Source: Chrysomallon squamiferum (taxonomy: Eukaryota > Animalia > Mollusca). Taken from it: DNA of 64,000 bases. Both the position numbers and the translations under genes were made by a program. Shown here piece after piece: positions 1-19,600 of the stretch. The DNA lies in NCBI GenBank assembly GCA_012295275.1, contig CM022672.1:3596001-3660000 (forward strand), written 5' to 3'. The notes beneath the pieces were generated by a model, which was not told the DNA's origin, made no database searches, and worked only from the letters and a program-made list of their open reading frames with translations. The first letter of the stretch is position 1. Every line of letters begins with the position of its first letter.

Positions 1-1716
1 ACTGAATGGAATATTCAAATATATTGCACAAAGCTTCTGCACCATCATAAAAAATTAAATAAATTTCTCCAAAACAATTTAATGTACTTGAAAATGTCAT
101 GGGCAGCTATTTCCAAGTTGTCCTTTTAGTATATAAAATTTGAAGTGTGTGTTGTTAACAACCTACATTAAATTCGTGATGATACCTGAAGCATCTTCAA
201 ATAATTAATGTATATTTAAGAATACTTTATAAACAATTCATCATCTTTCATATTTTCTCTGCACTAATATTCAATTTTTCTATTTTTTTCCAGGATATAT
301 TTCAAAAAAATTTAAATTCATATTCCTCTTAGAATAATATATCAGTATTGTTTTCTTTGTTGTTTTATCATTTAACCACAGTAATACACAACAAAAGTCA
401 CAAAAAAAAAAAAAAAAAATCCATTTTGGAACAATTCAGTATAAACGATAATTGTTTATTTTATTTATTTTAAATGATCATAGTCAAAATAAAAAATGTT
501 TAATAATCTCCATTTGTTTTGAGAAATCAAAAACAATTATAATCATAACGTACAAAAAAAAAAAAAAAAAAAAAAAGTCCTAATAAATTTTTAGAAAAAT
601 GGCTGTATTATTAATCTTCAGTTTAAAATAACAAAGCAGTATAATCATATTAAAATATTTAATTTTCAATTGATTTCTTTTTCAAAGTCTAACGCTGATG
701 TGAATCTTTACAATTTTAAATATTTTCATGAACTTAATCTAAGAGTTGTGACCACAGGTCTTGAATATAAAGTGTGTCAGTTAAAAGGAGTGCTTTGGGA
801 ATTAACCATCTCCCATTTATTGTCAACTTACTTTATATTTAGGGTCACTACTATAGTTACGTCAGTTGTCTTTTCAGAGATTGTGGATCCACTGCAGTGA
901 AACAGTTCTACTTACGATTAATTATGTAAAATATCTTATGCGTACATGTGTATACACATGTACACATCCATTTAACTTGTAGATTTTTATATTTTAATAC
1001 ATATTTTCTGTCAAATTTGACAGTAAATCAGTCGATGTTAATACACTTTATAGCATATCATGTGGAATGTGAAATTCATTACATGTTGGGAAGTTAATTA
1101 TTATGTTTTTTGTGTTAGTTATTATTATTCTTCTTTAAAGGCTTGTGAAATGTTGCATCTTTTTTTATATATCAAGGATCAGTGGAGAAACTGTCTTATA
1201 AAAAGTTTGAAATAATTAAAAAACCAACCCTGAAAACAAAAGATATACTGAAGTATTAAAACTGATGGCCAAGTACATGAGAAACAATATTTACGTAAAT
1301 AACATCCAAAGTCTTGAGATAACCTAAGCAAAAACTAAACAGGCTTTTTAAATTACTTGTACATCTAGCATTATGTCATTGTTGTTCTTAGGTTGTTTAA
1401 ATCATGTGAAATGTCAGTTTTACACACAGCACTTTTACAAATGACAACAATTTACAGTTGTTTCTCTTATGTATGACTGGCTATTTGATGTATTATGACA
1501 ATATTACTGAAACTGCAGTATACACTGGCATGCAGTCATGTCAGATTCACCAGCTGTTTCACAATTTTTCAAGCATCTGTCCATTAATATCACATGGTCA
1601 GCACTGCATGTTAATGCTTGTCCTGCAGTAGATAGAACATAAATATTTTAAACTGAACATTTACAGGTAGAATTATAATTTAAAATATGTTGTTTCATTT
1701 TTATTTTCTCTAAATC

Positions 1717-9414
<7,698 letters not shown>

Positions 9415-10615
9415 ACAGACAGTAAACCCTGTCTACTTGGATCGATTTTACATCTACCGTTATCTTTTTCAGTTTTTAACATCAGTTACTTCCGGTTTTT
9501 AAATGCATCATGGGGAATTTAAAAAACATATTTCCTACATAACAAATTTAATATTGAAGTTCTTATTTATCCTGCATTTATTGATACATAAGTTATGACC
9601 ATAATTACGATGTAACTGCATCTTATTAGAAAAACAGTATAAATGCCGTAAATTTTACAAGTTAATTATTATCCAGTTTGTAAAAATAATATATTAATGA
9701 CATTCTCCCACGACATTAAATGATTAATTTGTCTAAAAACGGAACTTAGAGAATGAACTAATATAAGTAATAAGTAATGGTATTATTTTAAATTGTTACT
9801 ATTTATTTACAGTTTTGTTTATTTACTAATTATCCGAAAATAACCTCAAAATGCATTTAATTTTTTTATATTACAATAGAGAAAACTATTTTCGTTATAT
9901 TTTATATGCATCATTTTGTTTATACCATATACAAAATATATTACAAAAGGGAAAGTTTATAATAGTAATAATAATAATAATAAAAATAACAACAACAACA
10001 AAAATAATAATAATAATACCAATTACATATATGTATTTATAATTGATTTTGTATATACATTATGCATTTAGAATTTTAACTTCGAAATAGCATTATTCAA
10101 GAAATTACGCTCAATGAATTAAATGACATTAAAAAGATATGCTATCAAGTTCAGACTAGTAAATGATATATTTTTTTCCAACCTTAGTATGAAATAATTA
10201 TTGTTATCAGTTGTTTAGAGTACATTATCTAAATCAGAATTAATAAGAAATATAAAATAAATATATTTTTATTGTCTAAACACAAATATATTTTTGAAAT
10301 AAACTTAGAGACTTGTATTTTAAAATATACTGATTTTTTTTAGTTGATAAGCTTTTTGATATTCATCTTGGGTGGTCGCCACCGGAGTAAAATGTTTGTG
10401 CTGTTACATCTATCTGTCACACCCACTAAATATATAAATATATGGAAGGCACGATAAAAAGTGTTTAATATACATGTTTTAAAGAAACTGTATTTAGTAT
10501 TTCGATTATTGTTCACTATATAATAAACAGTGAATTATGTTATAACGAAATAACATGGCCCAAGTTTATCGTAGGAAGTTAATGTAACAGCCGCAGATGC
10601 CACAGTCTAAAAAAC
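9415..10615. promoter_or_regulatory. Divergent (bidirectional) promoter region between ACTR1A and SUFU
   Basis: Start codons face apart 1.2 kb from each other. ETS-type ACTTCCGG at 9488-9495 and an AACATGGC element near 10552-10559. Confidence 0.7.
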
Positions 10616-13600
10616 ATGGAGGAAAGAAGAAATTTCTACTCTTCTAGTTATTCATCTCAGCCAACAGTTCCCATCACACCACCCGGATTAGAGGCAATTT
10701 ATTCAGCATGTCGAAGACTTTATCCAAACCAACCGAATCCGTTACAAGTTACTGCTTTAGTCAAATACTGGTAGGCAAATTTTGAAAGTTTACGTTTTAG
10801 TTTTACTCTGTGATTGTCAAAATCGAATGAAAACAATGGTTTTGCTGTTCGACTAGAACATGTGACTCAGAATGACAATCATTGGAACGGGTTATTTTTT
10901 AAGTTTGTTTTATTAAATGCACCATTTTAACAGGAAAATACTAATTTAACTATAATAATGAAATGTAGCTCTTGATAATTTTAGTGACAGAAGTTGAATA
11001 AGAATTTTCCAAAACAGGGAGTTTTTACCTACTATAAAGTATAATCGACTCAAGCATATATCATTATAATATATGTTATTGCTATATTAGAAACATAGTC
11101 TAATGCAGTTATAGGTTTGATGCGGTTTAGTAAAAAGTTATGAAAATAATTTATAAACGTCATAAATATTTTTGACAGTTTAAAAAAAATTAATAATAAT
11201 AAACAATAGCAGTTAAATATTTTAAAGTTACAGAAAGTTTTCTTCATTCCTTAATTTTTTTATTTTTTCTTACATTTAAAAGTAATCATTTGCATTGACT
11301 AGTTGCATTCTATTTGGATCCATGGCTGCTGTTTATAATAATTGTGGTATTTTGTAGTACATGTTTTTATCTGAAAGAAAGTGTATTACAGGTCATTTGC
11401 TGCTTTAGAAATTAAAACAAATAATTTTATTTTTTGCACTGTCATTACAATTAAGGAAGAAACTATAATATTAAACTGTTTTAAAGTTTTGTTATATAAA
11501 ATTGTTAATAATTTATTCCACAACTAGCACTAATATTTTTACATTTAATTTATATAGAAAATTCAGTTTGTGCAAAATGTTTATTAGGATTATTTTTATT
11601 CCACTTGTCATTCTTTCGTTACATATTATTTTTAATGCTAATTTATATTTAAAATGTATTTCATTTGTTAATTATTACTTTTAATTTATTTATAATAATT
11701 TTATTTAAATATATATATATCTATATATATTCTGTTAAAACTTGTGTCATATATTTTGGATTTATAATTATAATTTGTATGACTTCTCTTGTCTATGGGG
11801 AAATGTATGATAAAAAAAAAAAAAAAAAATAAATAAATAAATAAATAAAATAAAATAACTGATTTTACCAAAATGATGATGAATTAAAAAACTTTTTTTT
11901 TTTTTTTTTTTTTTATTTTTTTTTTAATATTAATCTGTAAAATAATATGGTGTATTTGAAGTTGCTTTAAAAGCTTTCGTTTGTGGTTCTGATATATGAT
12001 CCAGAAACTTCACCACTGTGTCAACTCTATTTCTTTTGGTGATATTCTAAATAGGTTAGTTCATAATATTGCTTTCGAACATATATTTGACATTTTTTGT
12101 AATGGTAAAGTTTTAATCTGCATGTAGCAATATGGTAAAGTCTGAATTAATTTTAGTTAAGATTTGTATTTTTTGTTATGAGCAACATACCTTTATAAAA
12201 AAAGTAAAAAAAAAAGACATTTTTAAGAATCGAAAAGTTTCAGAATTTGTTTTTTTCCTTTTCTTGTTTTTGCTCTGATTCTTTGCCAGTGCTTTATATA
12301 CTCATAAGTGTAAATAAGAATGATGTTAAAAAAGAAAATTAAATAAACCTAAAAAAATTAACAAACAAGTATGTTTGTTTAAAAAGTTAGCCTTTGGCAA
12401 TACATTTTTAAGCTTTAGAATTTAGAGAAAAGGCTGGACAAACAACTTGTATACATTTTTAATGTGTTAGTTGAAGATGTTAGAGTAGATGGGTTTTCCA
12501 TATAATGTAAATTGCATATCATAAGATCATCTTAAAAATACACTTTTTTTAGATTATCAAATTTTACTTTGATAACTAAAAAAAAAATATTTTAGTTTGA
12601 AGTTTGGACTAAATCTGGTATATTTCTGTTACCCTCTCATAATCCAAAAACATCTGTTATGTGACTGCTACGGTAATATTCAGTATTTTAAATAGGTCAG
12701 TTGTAGTGCCCATTTGTAGACTTGAAATAACCATTTAAAAACAGATTGGGTTATACAGGCAATTAGCCACATCTGAATACTGGCAAATAATAATTTATGA
12801 TTTACTGTGTTAACCATACATTTTATTTATTTTTTTTAATTTTATTTATTTATTTTATGGAAAAAAGATCAGAGGTGTGCAATTTGTGAAACTCTATTTA
12901 GAAAGAATGTTTTAAATATAAAAAACATTGTCATAAATTACGTTAACAGACTCTTTTCAATTTCTAATTTAATTTGCATCTAGTTATTAAGTTAAAGCTC
13001 ATATTACATTAAACATAATTTTTTTTGAATTAAACTAGATCAACAGCATTGTCTGTTTGCTGTAGTCTCTATATTCTAATTAATTTATTTGATAACTTCA
13101 TTAAAATAATTTAACCATAATCATTATTGATTATGCCATGAGCATTGTTTTAGTTAGCATAAATTAAACTCTTCTGTTTTATATTTGTTTGCAACAAAGA
13201 TTATATAGTAATTAAGAAAACAACTGGTTTTTTTTTAAACTCTTTCGTCTTTGTTACAAACATTATTAACCTTTTTATTTAAAGTATGTTAAATTTTAAT
13301 GAACCTAACTGGAATTAAGAACTTATGCCATTTTCAATATACATGATCAAATTTTAATCATTGTTTCCTACACTAATCATACTGACACGGGTATGACCAA
13401 TAGTTGAACTGGCCTAAATTAATCATATTCTGCTAATTATACCAACATGAATTAATCTGCTGATCTATATTGGCCCACATTGATAAAATTTCTAATTTAA
13501 CTTACATGACTATATCAATGGATCCATATTGCCATGGTGATCAAATTGCTAATTGAGTTGACAGAATTAATCACATGGACCCCATGCTGAGTCAGCATGG

Positions 13601-16600
13601 GGTAGCTTGTCTAACAGCTTGATGTACAAATCTTCATTATTTGTGGATCTGACTGGCAGAGTTCTGACATGAAAGACAGCTTTCTGTGGCAGGGGGTAGC
13701 CCATTGTGTGAAAACTCCAAGGGACTTTGCAGGGGTGATAAGTCTAATATTGGTACTTTTAGTGCTGAAGATAATGAATGAAGGCAAAGCAGTCTTCCAT
13801 GAGCCTCACTGCTTGTGTGGTACAAGTGTATTTCTTACCTGCCATGCATTGTGATATAGCCATGGCTACAGGTGTGCTTCAGAGTAATTTGTTTTCTTTC
13901 TTTATCCCTAGGTAGAAGATAAAGCTTGATTGTTTTATGTCAGTTTTGAATTTAATCTGACTCCCTTTCTCTCTCTTTTGTTTTTCACAATGCTAGAGTA
14001 CAGCTTTTCAGTAATTAGAGCAGGCTGTCCTTGAAAGTACCTGGGTTAGTGGCAAATTGTTATTTATGTATTTGAACAAAAATCACATTGACTCCTTTGT
14101 TAATAAATTACATTTTACGTATGTGAGTTTAGTTTGAAATGGAAAACTATCAAGAAATTTTTCAACACACATATGTAATCAAGCACATTACTGGTCACTT
14201 ACTCCTAATAAAATTAGCCACATATTTACTTTAACTCTTGCAACAGTTTAACTACTTTTTTTTTTTTAATATAAAAACAATCTGAAAATAATATTTTAAC
14301 AATGGTTAATTTTACATACAAATTTCATACAGTATGAAGAATTCCAACCTTTTCAACTATTTTTAAATGTATTTATGCTGTATGAGGAAACCATGACAAA
14401 ATCATTCTTCATTTAACAAATCTACAGTTTGTATGGATTATACTAAATGGTGGACTAAAATGTCAGCATGGTATAATGCATCAACGTTTATTGGTAAATT
14501 TGGGTTATTTTGTTGTTTGATATGGGAGCACAATGTTCATACAGTTTTATATTTGTGTAGAGCTCTGATCATGGTCCCAGAAGTGTTACATGCATGCCAG
14601 AAACAAAAACCTTTTAGACAAGAGATTTCATGTATTAGTTCTGAGTAAGACTCTAAATTCCATTAACATGTTCAAAAGAAACCTAGGGGATGCATATTTT
14701 GACTTTGTGAGGAAGTGAAATATCCAGAACTGAGATAGTTATGCATATAATGTGGTGTCTTCACTTTGGTAATTATGAGGTGATAAAGGAACACATAATG
14801 ATAATGCCATAAACAATATCTCAAAGTCAAAGTTATTTCTTCAAAACATTTATTTCAGATAACTTGTCAAAGAAGAAACTATAATGGAAAAAAAGATAAA
14901 AATGGACACCATTATATGCAGGACATGTGAAAGATAAACTTTCTCCTAGTTACAAAATCTGAAAATGTTTTGATATTGCACTGGAAGAAAGACAATTGCC
15001 TCTGTGTGGAGTGCAAAACAAGATGCTTTAAATCCACAGAGTAAAAGAAAGAAATGGAAAAAAAAAAACCCTCACAGAAATGGAAAAAAAGTGTTCTGTG
15101 TATAATAACAAAGAATCAGATTTCAACTGCTTCTTACTAGAAAAACACTTTAAATAATGAAAAATATGTTGACAGAACAGGCATTTTAAAATATATCTTT
15201 CTGGTTAAAACACCTTTTGTTGTTGCATTCAGTGATATTTAACTTAGTTTGATGTCAAAGTGATTTGCATATAATCAAGACATGAAATGTGATAATATTA
15301 ACACACATACGGGGAAGTTAAATACAAGCATAACTGCTCACTTTTGTAGACTGCAGACAAATCTAGTTTTGCATTTAATATTTGTACTTTTCCACAGGTG
15401 CAAACAACAAAGATGTTATTTTAAAATCTGCAGCATCAAACACACATCTTTCCTTTGGTTCACAAAAGCCTTGACCATGCATGATAAATAACAGCCCTGC
15501 ACTGAATATACTGGATTGTTAAGTTCCACATATAACATCTGGACACAAAATTTATAATCAAGAAAATAAAGGAAGCAAGCAGTTCTTCACAATAAATCTA
15601 TGAAGTGAGATTAGATCTTACCACCTGTAGTTCAGACCATGTACAAGTGACAGCAGATAATTTTATTACATGACATGTTTCTTTTGGACTGTTTTAATGT
15701 TCATGACTTGCAGGTGATTTGTTGGACACCACCAGTTATATACACAACTTGAAATTTCTGATATCATATTTTGCTAAATACTTTAAAACTATCCTGATTA
15801 TCTTTTGGGTTAAAAGTAAACAGCAATAAAATAATCTGATCACATTGTAACAAAATGGCAGGTGTAGAATGTGGTTTTTTTCTTTTTTTTAACATCATTA
15901 CTATTTATCAATACCTGTTAAAATAATAGCAGCTGATTTTGTGTTCTTATCATGTTTATGTTATTAATTTATTGGTTTATTTACAGCTGAATGTTTTAAT
16001 GTTAATTTGTATCCAAGTTTTTTAACTCTGACATAGCTTGGTAGCAGAAGTATCTATGATCAGAGCTGTGCACATTTGCATGTCTGTTGCTATTTCAGAG
16101 ATTTTTTAACACTGAAATAAAAAAATTACCAACCTTGAGATACTGTAAATTTCTCATTTTATATACAGAGTGGTACATGTCTGTAATATTGACAACTTAA
16201 TAGATCTACAATATCGAACATCCCAAAACCTCAGTACTGAAATTCATAGAATACTGAAATTTAAGAATCTTCAGTACAAAAAATTATAGTAGTAAATTTG
16301 TCAATGGTAAAATTATGGTTTCTCCTATATTCTCTTGTAAAGAAATGCCTAAAATCTTAGCTCAGTCATGTGAAAATTAACTTGTATCCAGTACTCTAAA
16401 CACGCATATAAAACAGCTTTCTTAAACATTTTAATTGCACAGTCCAAGCAAATGTTAAATATTTTTCTGCCAATAGTGGGAGAACATTATTCAGATGATT
16501 AGTCAATAGTAAATGCAATACTGTCAAAACTATTTGTAAAAAAAAACAACTAAACAACAGAACTCATATGTTTTATAAGAGTACTCGTTATTATTGTTGT

Positions 16601-19600
16601 GATTTTTCACCAAAAATACAGAAATATATTCAAAATGCATTTAGTTCATTTATTCGTGTGAACCATGATAAAATACCTGATTGAAATCAGCTGTAATTCA
16701 AACGTAAGATGGCAGTCTTGTTTTGTAATATTTAAAAAGTTATGTTAATTTAAAGATTTATAATAAATATGATAAAGAGGATTAGAAATATATTAATTTT
16801 AATTTTTATATTTTAATCACAACATATTTTCAGTTCTTCTACATTGCATCTTGTACACAGATTCATTCAGTGTTAATATCTTATAAAAACTTGAACTTTC
16901 ATATACACATCATTGTATTGATGTGTGCATGTTTAACATTTTGCATTAACCAACATATTAAGCACAATTTGTTCTTTTTTGTTTATAAAATAAGAGTTTT
17001 CATTGCCTGTTTGGCAATACTTGGGGTTTTTTTTATTATTGTTTTTTTTTTTTAACAGTTTCTTTTCCAATGCTCTACAGGTGTGGTGTCTATTCAGATA
17101 CTTCAGTGCATCAGCAGGTTTTAAATCTGATTTGACTCTGTTGGTGGCATTATTCAGAACACACTGCCTTTTTTTCACTGGGCTGCATTTGTGAGATCAG
17201 ATTGCTAGTAATATTAAGAAAACTCTCGGCAGATTTTCATGTTGTTTGGATGTCTAATCTAACCTAAGTCATGGATGACTAGCAGACAACATAAGCTTTT
17301 TTTTTTTCTTTCCTATGTAGCTTTGTTGGAGGTCTTATATTTCCAGAATGATGATTTCTGATTACAAAATAGATTTTTTCTCCTACTTTTTTTATTTAGT
17401 AAATGAATAAGAAATTCAATCTATGCATGCATATAGAAAAAGTAAACAAATGACACTAAGAAGATTTTATTTTTTATAAATGAATGAATAAAAAACAGAT
17501 AAGAAAACTATGTAAAATAACCTTGCTTTGAGGGATAGACTCATTAAATAAATGTTTAATTGCACCATACCACATTTTAATATTAAAAGTTAATAGACTT
17601 CTTTTATATAATAATAATAATAATAACAATAATGAATGTGAGACAGGAAATAACCTGTTAGTTTTATGTGCCACTCTTTTTGAATTAAGACAATGGTTTT
17701 ATTTATATACACCTTTATGTAGGTAGGAAGATACACATTACAGACTTTGACAGTGAAGACACTGCTGAACTACTAATCTGTAGGTTCTGTTTTTTTGTTT
17801 TTTGTTTATCCTAATGTACTTTCATCTGTTATTATCAAGGAAATATTTATTTGTATAAAAATTTGAAAGCACCACATAACTAACAATCATATTCAAGAAC
17901 AAAAACCCCTAAAGCAAAGTCACGTGAAGTGTAGTAATGCATTCACCTATGTAATATTTTAGCCCAAAAAGATAAAATTTACATACATAATCTCTGCCTA
18001 TTGTAATTTTTAATGTATTGTAAATGATCTTTTGTTTATGAGATAAAATACAGCAGATGATCCTGGGCTTTAAATGATAAAAGCCTTTTGTGTCATTTGT
18101 ATGAATACAAAAACTGCTGGTATTTCTTACGATGGTGTGCACATTTCAACAGACATGATAGCATAAACTGATACATGTGCATACAAAGCAATGAACACAC
18201 TCAGGTGAGAAAACAAGGTTCAGGTGTTTCAGCTGTTTGGTCTTGTTCAGTTATTTTAATGTTACATCGTTTATGGCATGCTTTTTAAGATCAGATAAGA
18301 GAACAGCTGTAAACACATGCATATTATTGAAGGAATTGGATATCTTTTATAGAAATCATACACAGCTTTGAATGCAAAATTATTTTCTTTATCATTACTG
18401 TGTTTTAATAAATATTGTTATGTGTATTTATTTTATTTTATTTTTATTTTTGTTTTGATCTTGATCTTTCCCCACTCTTTTTGCAGCTACAGTGTATTAT
18501 ATATGTAAATATATTTTTGTTTGTTTGTAAAAGTCAAATGCATGCAAAATACGACAAACGATTTATTTTTGTATAGCATTTTCCTTTCAAATTACTGAAT
18601 TATAGATTCTAATGATTATATGTATTGATCTAATAGAGCACATTATGTTCTTTGTTCTTTTTCAATAAAAAAAAAAAAAAAAAAAAAAAAAGCAGAAGTA
18701 AATCTATCTTTCTTAATCCTGATTAGAAGGAATTTCTAATATACCCTAAAACTCTTCTAGAAAAATAATATGATGGTTGAATGTTTATTTATTTATTTTC
18801 ACAGGCTTGGGGACCAGACCCTCTTGATTATATTAGCATGTATTCAAATCCTGGAGATGAACAACGCAACATCCCACCCCACTGGCATTATATTAGTTTT
18901 GGTCTATCTGATCTGCATGGAGATGGCAGAGTTCATGAGTAAGCATTGATGTTTTTATATCTTTTCCTTGATATTTTCAGAAAATTTATTAAAAAGAAAA
19001 ATAGTCTATATTTAATATATATTGAAGAAGAATTAGATTTATGTATCAAAGTGAGCTCTTAGAAATAATAATAATAATAAAGTATATATTATATTGCAGA
19101 CAGTTGTTATGTAACTGTATAACATCATAATAAAACAAATTAGCAGATCCATTACAAATAACTCACTGTTTGATAGCTGTTTCATTTCTGGTATAATTTT
19201 ATAAGATTTTCAAGATGGACATTACTTACTATTTAATGCTTGTCTTTATCATTCTGTTAATTTATTTCTTTTAATAAATACTATTATGTACATTTTTTTT
19301 TATTTTATCATTCCACACACTAACAAAATACTAAAAAAAAAAAAAAAACAAAAATTATTTTCCTTGAAAGGTTGATTATTTATAAGCCTTGTTAGTAATT
19401 AATATAGTATATTTTTATCCAAAAAAATTCCAACTGTATTAATAATTAAGTTGGTCTTTCTTTTCTTCTTCTTTTTTCAGTTATAATTGATTTTATTACT
19501 TTTTTTTTTCTTCACCAGACTGTTTGTTTATTAAAGTTTTTTTCCTTGTTTAGATGTTCAAACAATAATGATGGACCCAGTGGTTTTGGTTTTGAGTTAA

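Noticed and set aside
14820-15100. LINE remnant (YAGHV-like peptide) in SUFU intron 1
   Set aside because: Only a five-residue resemblance amid stops; not supportable without a search.
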